64,000 bases of DNA, taken from a virus. Made by a program: the position numbers and the translations under genes. Below are positions 44,097-59,500 of the stretch, piece after piece (position 1 is the first letter of the stretch; each line of letters begins with the position of its first letter). The stretch lies in the IMG/VR virus record IMGVR_UViG_3300032236_000679, positions 32,001-96,000 of that record, one strand, 5' to 3'. The notes beneath the pieces were generated by a model that searched no databases, had not been told where the DNA came from, and saw nothing but the letters and a program-made list of their open reading frames with translations.

Positions 44097-47000
44097 ATGG
44101 CCACACCGTCAAATAACAAACAGACAAATCTATTTGCTGTTGAAGATTGGAAGAAATTATACACTGCATTCAGTGAAGCAGACTTCCAATCATATGATTT
44201 CGAAACTATTCGTAAAGTTATGGTTGACTATCTTCGCACTTATTATGCAGAAGATTTTAACGATTTTATTGAATCAAGTGAGTTTATTGCACTACTAGAT
44301 CTTATTGCTTTCCAAGCACAAAGCCTTGCATTTCGTACTGATCTTAATGCTCGTGAGAATTTCCTTGCTACTGCTGAACGTAAAGACAGTGTACTAAAAC
44401 TTGTCAAGCAGTTAAATTATAACCCCAATCGTAACAAAGCAGCTAGTGGGTTAATTAAAATAAAAAGCATTACCACAACTGAAAATGTATTAGATTACAG
44501 CAGTAGAAATTTAAGTAAAGTTACTATCAACTGGAATGATCCATCAAACTCAGAGTGGCTTAGTCAGTTTAACTTGATTATTAATGCTGCGCTAACAAAT
44601 GGGCAACGAGTTGGCAAGCCATTTGCCAGTAAGAATATTAATGGTATTAAAACAGAACAATATAATGTTGCTGTTCCAACTACTATTCAACCAGTATTCC
44701 CTTTCAATGTCAACATAGCCGATACATTTACTCCTTTTGAAATTGTCAGTGCAAGTATTACTGACAGCGATGCAGTTGTAGAAAATGATCCGGGCTCATT
44801 TGGTAACTTTGGTATAATCTATCAAAACGACAGCAGAGGTAATGCAAGTATCAACACTGGTTATTTTATGCACTTCAAACAGGGTGTATTAAACAACTTA
44901 GATCAAGCATTTCCTGATCGTGTGCCCAATCGCGTTTTGAGTATTAATTTAGAAAATATTAACAATGAAGACGTTTGGTTTTATGATTTAAACAACGGTA
45001 CAATTGGTGATCAATGGACTAAGATTCCAAACATTGTTGGCAGCAATGCCGTTTACAATAGTGTTGCACGTGGCAACAGAAAGTTATTCAGTGTCAACAG
45101 CAGAGCAAATGATCAAATTGACTTGGTTTTTGGTGACGACACATTTGGTGATACTCCAATTGGAAATTATAGAACCTATTTTAGAGTCAGCAATGGTTTA
45201 ACTTATAGAATTAGCCCTGCTGATATGAATGGCGTTGGCATTACAATTCCTTATATTAGTAAAGCAGGTCGTCCAGAACGTCTAACTATTCAAGCAGCAC
45301 TACAGTATACTGTTGCCAACAGCAGCAGAAGAGATCTTATACAGGAAATTAAAGATAAGGCTCCTCAAAATTTCTATACTCAAGGTCGTATGGTAAATGG
45401 TGAAGATTATAATATTTTACCATACACTATGTACAGTGATATTATTAAGGTCAAGAGCGTTAACAGATATAGCAGCGGCATTAGTCGTTACTTGGACATC
45501 ATTGATCCAACTGGCAAGTATAGCAGCACTGATCTTTATGGCAGTGATGGATCATTTTACAAGAAAGAAATACAGGAAACAACTAATTTTAGTTTCACTA
45601 GTCGTAACGACGTAATTAGAACTGTTAACAATGTCATTCAGCCCATTGTTAAAAGTAAAGCAACTCAGCATTTCTTTTTTGAAAAGTATAATATTCAAAC
45701 ATTACCTTCGTTAAATTGGATTAGACAAACTGATGATACAAATACATCAACAGGATTCTTTGCTTATTCATATAGTATTGGAACATATCAGCCAATTGGA
45801 AACAGTGCAGGTGTAACTAACAATCTGCGTTACTTGCTTATCAACAGTTTGATTAAATTTGTACCACCAACTGGATATTATTTTGACAGCAGTAATAGTT
45901 TAATATTGGGAACACCAAGATTACCCAGTGATAAGACAGAGATTTATTGCTCAATAAAGAGTCAAATTGGTGATGGAAGCACACCTATTTATCTTGCAGG
46001 CCGCACTATTGGTAGCGTTACCTTAAGTGAAAATATACCTACTGGTGCAATAGCAGCAGGCTGTTATGTGCCTTTTACAACTAAGTTATCTAACACACTT
46101 ATTAATACTATGGTAACGTACATTCTAAACAATGTAGAATTTGCCTTACGTTATGATTGGTCACAGACACCATATGGTGAGCCATGGAAGATCGTTGCAA
46201 TTAATAATGTTGACCAAAACGGAAAATTCAATCTTGCTACCAGCGGAACTAACTATGATGCAAGTTGGTTATTGTTGTTTACTAATGATGGCACAAAGTA
46301 CACAATTACTTACAGAGGATTAGATTACATTTATTCAAGCAATGCAATTCGCTTTTTGAATATCAATGTTGAATCGGTATATGATGTTAAGACAAATACT
46401 GTTGTTAAAGACAATATCAAAATTTTAGAAAGCAATACTAACAGCGCCAATACTGCAAAGATTCCAAGACAGGTTATTTTAGAGTTACTAGAAAACATTA
46501 CAGAAACTGATGGCTATGTTGACAGCACTAAAGTAAAGGTTACTTTTCCAACTGCTGCACATAGTGATTTACCTGCTGATCCAACTATATTCTCAACAGT
46601 TGTAGGATCAAATGATAACACTTATGTTTTCTATCAAAAATATATTGATTATGATAATCTAGTTAGATATCAATTGTTAGACAGTGGCACAATAAATTAT
46701 GTTTATGCAACTAGAACTGCAATTGAAAATGTAAGAAATAACTTTTCTAATGGCAAATTATTCTATGCTACTAGCGAGCAGAAATTTTACAAAATTGTAT
46801 ACAATGGAACTGCAAATACTGTAGTTGATGTGAGTTCAGAATATATGTCTTACATCGGCAGACAGGGATTAATATTCCAGTATAAGCACAATGCAAGTGA
46901 TCGTCGTCGTATTGATCCTGCTGCAACTAATTTGATTGACACCTTCATCTTAACACGCAGTTATGATGAAGCCTATAGAAATTATATTACTGACATGACA

Positions 47001-47495
47001 GGCAAAGTACAGATGCCTGACCCTGTTGATTCAGTGACAATGAGAACTTCATATTATGAATTACTTCAGTTAAAAATGATCAGTGATGAAATGATTTTAA
47101 ATTCAGGGGTTTATAAGCCTTTATTTGGATCTAAAGCAGCGGGTCCTTTACAAGCAACAATTCAAGTTATTAAGAATCCAAATAGCAATATTAGTGCGAA
47201 TGAATTAAAAAGTAGAGTAATTGATAAAATTAATGCATACTTTGCAATTGAGAATTGGGACTTTGGTAAAACATTTTACTTCTCAGAACTCAGTGCTTAC
47301 TTACATAGTCAGTTGGGACAATATCTAAACAGTGTTGTACTAATACCAACTTACCCAGACAGTGTATTTGGTGATCTCTACGAAATTAGAAGTCAGCCAA
47401 ATGAGATATTAATAAGTGCAGCAACCGTTGACAATATTGAAGTTGTAACAGGCATCTATGTTGGGTTAACTCAAAACAGTTTAATAACAGGTTAA
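44097..47495 (+). CDS. gp6: Baseplate wedge protein, gp6 family, 1132 aa
   Basis: YDFETIRKVMVDYLR...EDFNDFIESSEFIALLDLIAF...LAFRTDLNARENFLATAER.DSV..L...LNY.P; FGDDTFG..P; R.V..EDY. Perfect TATAAATA at 44068-44075. Confidence 0.88.
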   Translation: MATPSNNKQTNLFAVEDWKKLYTAFSEADFQSYDFETIRKVMVDYLRTYYAEDFNDFIESSEFIALLDLIAFQAQSLAFRTDLNARENFLATAERKDSVLKLVKQLNYNPNRNKAASGLIKIKSITTTENVLDYSSRNLSKVTINWNDPSNSEWLSQFNLIINAALTNGQRVGKPFASKNINGIKTEQYNVAVPTTIQPVFPFNVNIADTFTPFEIVSASITDSDAVVENDPGSFGNFGIIYQNDSRGNASINTGYFMHFKQGVLNNLDQAFPDRVPNRVLSINLENINNEDVWFYDLNNGTIGDQWTKIPNIVGSNAVYNSVARGNRKLFSVNSRANDQIDLVFGDDTFGDTPIGNYRTYFRVSNGLTYRISPADMNGVGITIPYISKAGRPERLTIQAALQYTVANSSRRDLIQEIKDKAPQNFYTQGRMVNGEDYNILPYTMYSDIIKVKSVNRYSSGISRYLDIIDPTGKYSSTDLYGSDGSFYKKEIQETTNFSFTSRNDVIRTVNNVIQPIVKSKATQHFFFEKYNIQTLPSLNWIRQTDDTNTSTGFFAYSYSIGTYQPIGNSAGVTNNLRYLLINSLIKFVPPTGYYFDSSNSLILGTPRLPSDKTEIYCSIKSQIGDGSTPIYLAGRTIGSVTLSENIPTGAIAAGCYVPFTTKLSNTLINTMVTYILNNVEFALRYDWSQTPYGEPWKIVAINNVDQNGKFNLATSGTNYDASWLLLFTNDGTKYTITYRGLDYIYSSNAIRFLNINVESVYDVKTNTVVKDNIKILESNTNSANTAKIPRQVILELLENITETDGYVDSTKVKVTFPTAAHSDLPADPTIFSTVVGSNDNTYVFYQKYIDYDNLVRYQLLDSGTINYVYATRTAIENVRNNFSNGKLFYATSEQKFYKIVYNGTANTVVDVSSEYMSYIGRQGLIFQYKHNASDRRRIDPAATNLIDTFILTRSYDEAYRNYITDMTGKVQMPDPVDSVTMRTSYYELLQLKMISDEMILNSGVYKPLFGSKAAGPLQATIQVIKNPNSNISANELKSRVIDKINAYFAIENWDFGKTFYFSELSAYLHSQLGQYLNSVVLIPTYPDSVFGDLYEIRSQPNEILISAATVDNIEVVTGIYVGLTQNSLITG

Positions 47496-47507
47496 TAGGT
47501 ATTAAAA

Positions 47508-50500
47508 ATGGTCAAAAAATCCTTAGATAATGTTCCTAAGATTAATCAGTCTACAAAGAATAAAAAGTTATCAAATGAATTTCTACCTACAGTATTCAGA
47601 ACAAATACAAATCGTAGATTTTTAAATGCAACTGTAGATCAATTAATTCAAGAACCACGTATGACTAGCATATATGGTTATATTGGCAGACAAGATATCA
47701 GTCCCAATTATAAACCTGAAGATGCCTATGTAAGAGAAACTGAAAGTTACAGTCAGTTTTATCAACTTGAACCTGGTCTTGTTATTAACCAACGTATTGC
47801 CGGGACAAATAGATTTAAGAAAACTAATGCGTACAATTATGTTGATCTATTGAATGGTATCGCTTTACAGGGCGGCATCAATACAGATCATAGTCGTCTA
47901 TTTTCCAACGAATATTACAATTATGAAGGCTTTGTTGATCTAGACAAGTTAATTAATTATAGCAAGTACTATTGGGTACCAACTGGTCCTAAGACATTAG
48001 AAGTTAATGGCTACAATGCAGATCAAAATAAGACTGAAGTTATCTTCCTTGAGAATTTAACTGTGCGTCGTCCCGTTGAACCAAACACAACAGGAAATGC
48101 AATTGCCAATAAGCCTGTTGGATTAATTGGTTATCAATTTGATCAAATATCAAACAAAGTAAATCCAACACTAAATCTTGTCAGAGGTAGAACTTATACA
48201 TTTGATGTTGATCAATTGGGTCATAGTTTTTGGATTCAAACAGAACCTGGGTTAGGCGAAGGTATTGGGTATCAAGAAAATATCTTCAAAAGAGAAGTTT
48301 ATGGTGTTGATAACAATGGTGCTGAAATTGGAAAAGTTACATTCCGTGTTCCTTTCTCAGACGAACAATATGGCATAGAAACACTTAGTAAATTCACTGA
48401 TGTTGATTTAGTCACTGATATTGCTTACACTGACATCCAAGGTGTTTCTTACGAAGAATTTATTAAGACAAACACCATTGACGGCACACGTTCTCTTACA
48501 ACTAAGAAGATAGTTATGATCAATAAAGATCCTGCTTCTTGGGGTGATGTAGTTGAAGATCAGCGTTATGGCATTTGGCAACTACAAAACAATAATGGCA
48601 TATTAAATCTTGCATTTGTTTCGGCTTGGCCAACTGGCACTAAGATCTTTGTTAAGGAAGGTCGTCAGTATGGTAATGTGAATGTAGTTAAAAATAGCCA
48701 GGGTATAATTTTTAAAGAACCTTATATCACTGCTAAACTCGATACTTTATATTATCAAGATGGTGTTGATGCATCAGTTTTTGGGGAAATTCGTCTTATT
48801 AATATTGATCCAGAACAAGCAACAATCAACATCGAAACAAGAGTTCTAAATCAGTCAAGTTATACTAGTCCTAATAATGTTGAATTTACAAATGGATTGA
48901 AAGTTGTTTTCAGAGGATATGTTCAGCCTACAGAATACGCTGGCAAAGAATATGTTGTTGAAGGCGTAGGAACAGGCATTAAGTTAATTCCATGGGATAA
49001 TTTAATTACTCCTGATCCTAACAATCCTAATTTAGGCGACGGATATGATGCAGAAACTGAAGCATATGATACTATAAATTATGATCTTGCTCTTAATGCA
49101 CCACTTAGAAAAGACTATGTTGTTATCAATCGTGCCAGCATTGATGGTAATGCATGGAGTCGTACTAATCGTTGGTTCCATGAAGACGTAATACGTTATG
49201 CTTCAACTTTTAATAATCCAACTGCTGCTGTAGTATTAGACAATGCCTTTAGAGGTATCAGACCAATTATTGAGTTTGACGCCAACTTACAATTGTTCAA
49301 TCATGGTAATAAATTTGCTGGCCAAGTTACAGCAATTGACACTACAGTTACTGATATTGCTAATCAAGTTGAGGGATATAGCCCTTACGTATTGATCGAC
49401 AGCAACGGCAATTATTTCAGTGATAATGTTGCTTTGGAAAACGGAACGTATGTTATTTTCACACAGGAAAGATATGAAAATACCAAAGGCAGAATTTATC
49501 AAGTTTCAAACATAATTCCTCATGTTCCTGCGCAGAGAACAAAACTAACTACTCAGTTTGCACCTAACAACACAACTTTACTACATCTCAATGATGTTTC
49601 ATATCTCTACATCAATATGAAAGTTTCTGGTACAGGTATTTTGCCAAATACTGTAATTAAATCAATCGACAGTATAAACAGCATTGTGACATTAAGTCAA
49701 CCTGTTGTTGATGTCACCCGCGGAACAACGATTACTTTTGATTCAAACAACAAACAAGTTCATTTGATTCCTGTACATGACATGGTTGAGGGTGAAACTG
49801 TTGTTGCTGTCAGTGGAGCAAAAAGACAGAATTATGTCTATTGGTGGCACAATGGTAATTGGCAATATGCACAGCAAAAGACTAGTTTAAATCAAGCACC
49901 CTTATTTGATATTTTTACTTTAGACGGAATTAGTTTTGGCAATGGAGATTATTATCCTTCCACTACTTTTGCTGGTAGCAAACTATTTGGATATCGTGAA
50001 GGCACAGGTACTAGAGATAGCGAACTTGGATTTCCTCTGTCTTTCAGATCAATTGGTAATATTGGTGATATTGTTTTTGAAAATTATTATGATACTGAAC
50101 AGTTTCACTATAGTCTAAATCAAACTGATCAAATTGTTGATGTAAGCACAGGTTATGCACATGAAAACAATCCTGCTGATTTGACTTTTAAACTTAGAAA
50201 CAACTGGATTAAGATTAAAGACTTCAGTAAGCAATATATTCAGAAGAAGTTTATTGCTTCGGATGCACATAAGAATAATTTCCTAATTGATGTAAAATTT
50301 AATCAAAACAGTCAAAATGAAAAAAGCCTGTTTGTTTATGTAAACGGCACTGAATTAACTTATTCTCAGGATTATACACTATTAGGTCAAAAGAATCATG
50401 TTTATGTTTCATTGAACAGTGACTTAACAACGGGCGATGTACTAGTTGTTAGAATCTTTGGGACTCCAAATTCGTCAAAAGAAATTTATACACTACCTAA

Positions 50501-53500
50501 GAATTTAACTGATAACAGTTTAAATGAAACATTTACTTCATTGACATTAGGACAGATTAGAAATCACTTAGTAGAAATTGCAGACAATAGTTTGTTATTC
50601 AAAGGTGAAGCAGCAGGTGTCAACAACTTTAGAGATATTGATTATAAAAGAGTACCTGGTAGAATTCTACAGCATAGTGCAGGTGTGCATATTGCACAGT
50701 TGTTCTTCAATAATGAAACAACAAATATTGTAAAAGCAATTGAATATAGCAGAAAAGCATATAGAAACTTTAAGAATCAATTCTTTAGTTTATTGTCTTC
50801 GATGGAATTCGATAACTTTGATGACCCACGTGCTTGCTTAGATCAACTGTTTGATGAGATATCTTTCAATGCAACAATGGATCAGAGTTTCTATTATACT
50901 GATATGTTGCCTGTTGGTTCTAATAGTTTTACATTCAATGAATATCTAATTGCAGACACAAACTATAAAAAGTTTAATGTCATAAACACATTTGACATTC
51001 AAAATCCCAACTATAGATCTGTATTGGTCTATCAAAAAAAGTCAAACAGCAATTATGGAGTTCAGTTACTTAAGGATACAGATTATACTTTTGATGGTTA
51101 TCAAATTGATATATTAACAACATTGGATATTAATGATAACATCATAATTTATGAATATGAAAGCACCAAAGGTTGCATGGTTCCTGCAACACCTACAAAG
51201 TTAGGACTTTATCCTAAGTTTACTCCTGGACTTTATTTAGATGACACGTACTTAGGTAGACAAGAACAGGATGGGACTTATACTAGATTCCCACGTCCAA
51301 TGATTCAAGGTCATGATGGCAGTAAAATTGCAGCCTTCAATGATTTTAGAGATGCTATCATTGTAGAGTTTGAACAGCGTGTTTATAACAACTTAAATGT
51401 TGAGTATATTAACGATCCTGCAATAAGTTTCAATGGTGTTGAGCCTGGTGCTTTTAGAAATACTGAATACAGTATGGATGAGTGGACTAGACTACTAAGT
51501 GGCTCTTTCTTAGAGTGGGCAGGTAGTAACAGTGTTGATGTGTTCAATAACTTGTTTACTAACAATGCTCGATCAAATGATCCATTTAGTTTCAATTACT
51601 CGCAGGGTGTTGATGCAATTTATAATGAAGGTGTACCTGGATACTGGAGAGGTATCTACAAGTACTTCTTTGACACAGACAGACCACATACTCATCCTTG
51701 GGAAATGTTTGGATTCAGTCAGAAGCCTGCTTGGTGGGAAGCAAGATATGGTGCTGCTCCTTATACATCAGGTAATGAAATTTTATGGAAAGATGCTGAA
51801 GTTGGATTGATATATCAACATGGCTATGATGCATATATCGATTCTAGATATGCAAGACCAGGTGCCACTAAGATTATTCCGGTTGACGAGCATGGTACAC
51901 TATTAGCACCTATTTCATCTGTTGTTATTAATCTTAAAACTCAAACAGCATCATCCAGTTGGCGTTTTGGCGATCAAAGCCCACAAGAAACTGCTTGGCG
52001 TCGTAGTAGTGATTATCCCTATTCAATCATCGAAGCATGGGCTCTCGCCAAGCCTGCACAATTTTGTACTTGGTCATTGAACAGACACGATCTTATTAGA
52101 GTTGATGCATTAGATCAAATTATTAATCCTACTACTGGTAAGAGAAATATAACTTTAGCAATTAGCGACGAAGACAAATATATTCCAGGATCTAACATTT
52201 GGTTAAGAGATCGTTTGGCAGGATTGAATATAGATGTTCAAACTAATTTTGTTGAGATTTTTGAAAATCTAGGAATTAATCTTGTTTATAAGATGAGCAG
52301 TTACACAGATAAGAATTATATCGAAGTAATTGCAGAACAAGCAAGTCCAAATAGTACTAACAGTGGCATCATTGTTCCTAAAGAAAACTATGACATTGTA
52401 TTAACTAAAAGTGCTCCAGTTGGACTTTCGACCTACAGTGCAGTTATTATTAAGAAGTCAGGCGGTGTCTTTTCTGTTTATGGATCAGACAACAACAAAC
52501 CATATTTTACTATTATACCTAGAAAATTCAATGGTAACTTCTACAATATTAAAGTAAGTCAATCTACTGCAATTGTAAGAGTAGACGATGAAGAAACCAT
52601 TGACATTATTCCATATGGTCAGCAATTTACTTCTAAGCAACAAATTGTTGATTTCCTAATCAGTTATGGTGCTTACCTACAAAGTATTGGCTTTACATTT
52701 GGAACTATTAATCCAAATGAAACAGAAATACAGTTCAGTAACAGTACTCGTGATTGGGCAAATTCTTCTAAACAATTCTTATACTGGACTGAACAGGGTT
52801 GGGACGATAGCGTTGTTATCAGTTTAACTCCTGCAGGAACACAGATTAATTTCAATAGCGGCTTTGGCGTTGTTGATGATTTAACTAACAGTTACAGCGG
52901 AGTTAGATTATCTAATTCGGACGACAGAATCCTGCAGACTAAAGAATACTCAACATTTAGAGAAGGCACCAACTTTAATCTTGTTGTAAGAGATCAAACT
53001 AAAGGAATTCATCTAGTTGATCTTTATACAGTTGCTTATGAACATACTTTAGTATTTGATAACGTAACTGTTTTCAATGATATCATCTATCAGCCAAATC
53101 TTGGTAATAGACAGTATCGTATGAAAGTTAATGGATTTAAAACTAGAGACTGGGATGGCAGTTTATATGCTCCTGGATTCTTAGTAAATCATAGAGATGT
53201 TGAACTATGGCAACCCATAACAGATTACTATAAAGGCGACATTGTAGAACATAAAAATGCATTCTTTACTGCAAAATATTTCATACCTGGTGCTCCAAAA
53301 TTTAAAGAAATGGATTGGCTACCAGTCAACAGTGAATTACTGGGTAAGAAACTAATTCCAAATATGGCATTTAATGCTCAGCAATTTGAGAATTTTTATG
53401 ATGTTGATACTTTTGACGTCAACAGTACCGCTGACATGCAAGCAAGAAATTCTACAGGCTTTGTGCCACGTAATTATTTAGATGATCTTGGATTAAACAC

Positions 53501-56500
53501 AATCAGTCAACATAAATTCTATCTTGGCATGATTAGGGAAAAGGGTACCAATGCTGTTCTTAATGCATTCTTACGTGCTAAGTTACCTTATGTGGATAAT
53601 AATGTTTCAGTAACTGAACAATATGCAGTTAGACTGGCATCATATGGCGGTATCAATGATGTCAGTGATGTTGAATTAAGTTTAGCAAATTCAACAAAAT
53701 TAAATGGATCAATTGTTGTTGAGTTTATTGACAATAACGAAACTAAGTCCACATTGTGGAATAGTTATAGACCCAAAGATCTTTTAATTAAGCCTGCAAA
53801 TTATGATAAAAACTTCTTCTCATTAACTGAGTCATATCCATTACAAGTTGGCACAGGCGGTCCTGTTCTACCTCAGGATGTTGACACTTCTGTTTTTGAT
53901 ATTCAGAAAATCTATAACTTAAGCATGGGTGGCTTAGGTTTTGATATGACTGAAGGCTATGGTGAAGGCAGCAGAATATGGGTTGCAAGTGATTTAGAAA
54001 ACAAATGGAATGTTTATAGACTTTGTGGCAATGAGAATATTGTAATAACAAGTGTTAGTGTTATCAACAATACAAATGAATTAGAATTTACAACCGATAG
54101 ACCACATGGGTTAAAGTTTAACGATAATATCTTAATTAAAAAGGGAATTGCCACAGGAAAAATCTCAGTTAACATGAGTGGTTTTTATAGAATAAATTCT
54201 GTTGGCCCAACTGTATTTAGAACTCCGATTTATACTGGAGCAGTGACAACATCAGGCAAGATGAATGCCATGTTGTATAAACTCAAGTCAGTTAGATATC
54301 AAGATAGAACAGCATTTTCTAGTGATTTACCTCCTGGTGGGTGGAAGACAGGTGATAAGGCTTGGATCAATGGTTCTGAAGGAAATTGGGAATTATTAAA
54401 TCTACAAACTAATTATTTCTTGAGTCAAACATTAACTCCTATCTTCTCAGGCGACAGTGATAATTTTGGTAACGGAATTTCAATGAAGTCAACTGAAGAT
54501 GTCATGGCAGTTGGCGCTCCTGGAAAAGATTCAGGTGCTGTTTACATATACAATAAAAATTATTATGGTGTGTGGTCAGTAAGTCAAAGTATTATTCCTG
54601 AGAATACTGTTGCCAATGATTTTGGATTCAGTGTAAACTGTAATGACAAAAATCTAGTAATTACTGGCGCTCCTGCTAGTAACAGTAATAAAGGATTGGC
54701 TTATGTACTAAAAGTCAACAATGTTGATTCTAATGTATTATTCCAAGTATTGAATCCAGCAGGTCTAAATTCGGGCGATCAATTTGGATATGATGTAACC
54801 AGCAGTCAAGATGGAACTTGGGTTGCAGTGTCTGCACCTAGCGACAATACTGTTTATATCTATAAATTCAATAAAATTTCAACACCTGCTTTGTATTCTT
54901 ATGTTGCAGAAAGTGCAACTGAATTTGAATTGCCTAGCATATTACTGGGAACAGGTATTGCCGCAGATGCAGTTAAAGTTTATCTAAATGAAAGAATTTT
55001 AATTCCAAGTGTTGAATATTCAATCAGCGGTAACAATGTTGAACTTAGTATATCAACTAATAATAATGATGTTGTTAACATTGTTTATGAAGATTATTAT
55101 AAACTGATCACCAGTTTCTCAAATACTGAAGCAGCAGGATCATTTGGATATAGTATTGATTTCAACAAAGACGGCACTGAGTTAGCAATTGGCGCACCAT
55201 ATCTTGTCAACCCTGCTAATTCAAACTCAACTAACTTTGGTGCAGTTTATCTTTTTGAGCGTACAATTGAAACATTTATAACTCCAAGTTACGATAAAAC
55301 AACATTAAGTTCTGCTGAATTTGCTAGTGTTTCTTCAGTTACCTTAGAAAACACTCCAGTGGAACCTGTAGTGTATGTAAATGGTGAATTAGATACTTCA
55401 CATTCCATTAATGGAAAAGTTGTTACATTTACCAATGGCAATCTTACTAGATCAGTTGGATATGATTCTATTGTGACTGTTGAATCAAATACTTTTAGAT
55501 TACTCGAGACAAAGAGATTTGGTACAGATCAAGCAAACTTATATTATGGTTCTAAGGTTAAGATCTGCCCAACCAGTTGTAGTTTATACGTTGGTGCAAA
55601 AGGCTACAATGTAATACAAGAAAAATCACAGTTCTTGAATAATGGTGCAGTTGTTCGTTATGTTAACGAAGCAAGATCATATGGAACTATAACAACACAG
55701 AAAAATATTCCCACAGTCACTGGCGGTCATAGTATTAGAATCAACGGAATGAAGATTACATTCACTGGTACTAATATGGGAGATGGCAGAACAATAATTA
55801 ATTGGACTGCAAATACATCTTATCTAACAACTAATTTTGTCAGATATAATTCTATCATTTATAAGCCAACTCAAAACTTTACCAGTGGGTCGAGTTTCAG
55901 CAGTACATACCTAACACCTTATCGATTAACCATTGATGAAATTGTAGCAGATATTAATGCTGTAAAAATTCCAGGAATAACTGCAACTAAGGTTAAGAAC
56001 ATGATAACCATTAGTTCAGATTCAATGTTGGCACATAATAAGATCATCATTAATACAACTGATCTTGGCACAGCATTAGATGATCTTGGTTTAACTGTAT
56101 TCAAATATTATCAATTTATCGGCGCACAATCAAATCAATCATATACAAACTTTGGTAATCAATTTACATTAGACGCCAGCGGCAATCGTTTGCTAATCAG
56201 TGCAACTCAAACTGATAATATCAAAGTTACTACCTTTGATAAAGGTAACACTACTTTTGATGCTAAGAGCACACGAGTGTACACTGCTACATATAGAAGT
56301 GGCAGTGCATACTTGTATGAATATCAAGGGGACGAATACGAAACACCATCTACTCATGGTAATTTTGCTTATGCTCAGACATTTAACACAAGCAAAATGT
56401 CTACAAATGATTATTTTGGAACTGGAATTGCACTTACTAAAAATTGGGCAATTGTCACTGCACTAGGTGATGGCACTAAAGCAGGCACAGTATACACATA

Positions 56501-59500
56501 TCAAAATAAGACAGGCGCATACAACTGGAATGTTGAGCGTTCTAAATTAGATCCTGTTGATTCCAGAAAGATTGCACGAGCATATCTTTATAATGATAAC
56601 ACCAAAGAATTAATTGCAGACTTGCCTGTTATTGATCCAGAGCATGGTATTCCTGTACCAGAGGCTGCTGAACAATTGAAATATATTGTAAACTACGATC
56701 CTGCTGTTTACACTAATTCTCCTAATACATTTACTTTTGCTGTTGATGTGAGAAGCAGTTGGGCCGAAGAACATGTGGGACAACTATGGTGGGATACTAA
56801 TCAGATAAAGTATGCTGAATGGAATCAAGGTGATTTGATTACTAGATTTAGTAACTGGGGATTGAGTGTTCCTAATAGTTTTGCTAGTGTTTACGAATGG
56901 ATTGAAAGCAGCATGACTCCTTCAGAATGGAATGTTGCAAATCCAACAACTCCCAGTCTGTATACCGCTGGTGAAGTTTACTCTATTAGAGTCGTAATTG
57001 ATCCTGTTACATTGGCCCCAACAAACAAGTATTATTTCTGGGTTGCAAATAGCAATGCAAATTATGGCATGGAACGCAGAGATTCTGCAATCATGCTACA
57101 GGATCTAATTGCAAATCCAAGAAAGAATGACAACCAGCCATTTATTTCTGTAATTGGTACAAATGCAATTGCATTATTCAATTGTCAGGACTTGGTTGAT
57201 AACGATACACGCTTGCATATCACAATGCATAAGAATCAGTATGTCAATCCTGTTCACACTGAATGGACTATGTTTGATGATGGATCTGATTTGGGCATTG
57301 CATCTGAATTCTTAGATCGTCTAAATGATAGTCTAGCAGGAATTGATAATGCAGGAAAAATTGTTCCCGATCTAAGCCTAAGTGAGAAACAGCGTTATGG
57401 ACTTGAGATACGTCCAAGACAAACAACTTTTGTTGATAATTTCAGTGCAAGAAATACATGGATAAGCAACGTAAATGCAGTGTTTGCTAGATACCCAATG
57501 GTATTATTGCGTGAAACCAGCATACTTGAATCATATGATCTACCACCTGAAGTAGATGGAACATCTATTAAATTAGAAGTCAGTACTGAAATAGAATTAA
57601 CTTATCTAAATAAGTCATTTTATAATATCGGCGATAAAATTTTAATTGCCAATGATTCAACTGTTGGCGGATGGTCACTGAGAGAATTAGCACCTAGTTC
57701 ATTTGATAGTACAGTGCTAGAGTGGAAAATTGTAAAAGTTAAATCATATGATCTTAGAGATTACTGGACTTATTCAGATTGGTATAGTCCTAATATCAGT
57801 AGAACTGTTGCAGTTGATAAAATTGTAGATTATGATTATGAAATTGCAGACATTAATCCACTAGTTGGACAAATAATTAAAGTTAAGAATGGCACAGGCG
57901 GCAACTGGAAACTTGTTCTTGTTCGTGCTAATAGTTTAGAATTAGTTGCACAACAAAATTCAACTATTCAACTGACTAAATCACTTTACGATAATATTTC
58001 TGCTGGATTTGGCATTGACAATCAAAGTTTTGAAATCAAAGGCTTTGCAAAAGACAATGCACTAGAATTTAGAAAGATTTTTGATATAACAGTAAACAAA
58101 TTATTGAACAAAGAACTACGTGCTGAGTTCAAATCAATAATGACTGCAATGTTTGACGACATCACAACTCAATTTAAACAAAATGATTGGTTGATGAAAA
58201 CTAGTTTGGTTAATGTTAAGAATGAAGTAAGATCATTAAATCAAATTCCTGTTTATGTCAAAGAAAATGCAGACACAGTATTAAACTTCATTGAAGAAGT
58301 AAAGCCATTCCATACTAAAGTTAAGGAATATATTAATTCATATAATCAACTTGACTTAGCAGGGTTTGACACAACTGACTTTGATCTTCCTTCATACTTT
58401 AATAAGAATACTCAGAGATATAGACAACCTCAACTTAAAAAAGTTTATAATGAAGAACTTGGCAGATGGGTTGATACACCAAATGTTGTTGACACTGGTA
58501 TATGGTACATAGATCCATTAGATCCAACTCAAACATTACAGAACACTAAAGCAGTGTATCAACCATGGATTGACAATCACAAGTATCAAATTCTTTATGT
58601 TGATCTTGATAATGCTGGAACAGGATATAAGCAAAACGATACTACTGTTGTAATCAGAGGTGATGGCAGAGGAGCAACTGCTGAAGCATTTGTTAAGAAC
58701 GGCAGCATTTATGCAATTAACGTAACTAATACAGGTTACAATTATACCTATGCAACTATTGAAATTTTAGGTAGCGGCACAGGTGCAACTGCATATGCTA
58801 AACTTGGAAACGGCAAAGCAAGAACATTTAGTACCACAATAAAATTTGATAGATTTACATATCAAACATCTACAAAAGAGTGGGCACCAAATACTTCTTA
58901 TTCGTTGACAGACCTAATCACTTATAATGGTAGTGTATACAGATTAGCAACTGACACTAATCTAATAGACTTACAGTCAACTGGTATCACAACTGGCGAC
59001 AAGTTCTCATTTGATAATTTAATTGAACTTGTAGTTAAGGTATGGGAACCCCACAAGAAATATGCTAAGGATACAATCATTGTTTACAATCATGTTCCTT
59101 ATGTTGCATTAACTGATTTTACAAGTGGTAGATATTTTGAATATAACACTGATGTCACTGTAACTAATAGCATTTCATGGCAACCTGCCACTTACTATGC
59201 TGTTAATACTGTGGTTAGTTATAATGGTGTTGCATATAAAGTTATTAGTAATTTTACAAGCCCTAATTCATTTACACTTGATAATTTACTGACAGTTTAC
59301 GATATTGCCAAATATCCAGGCGGATACTTTGACGATGCTGCTTCAAGAGTATGGAGTTATTATAATCCAAAGAGTGGTATGCCAGGTAAAGATTTAGCAC
59401 AGGTTATGTCTGGGGTAGAATATCCTGGTGTCAATGTAATTGGTCCTACCTTTGATCAAAAATTAGGATTTGGATTTGAACTCTACGAAAGAATTGCTTA

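Noticed and set aside
36442-47495. Bacterial T6SS or extracellular contractile injection system locus
   Set aside because: The baseplate genes co-occur with portal, protease, capsid, gp55 and T4 late promoters, which indicates a phage.
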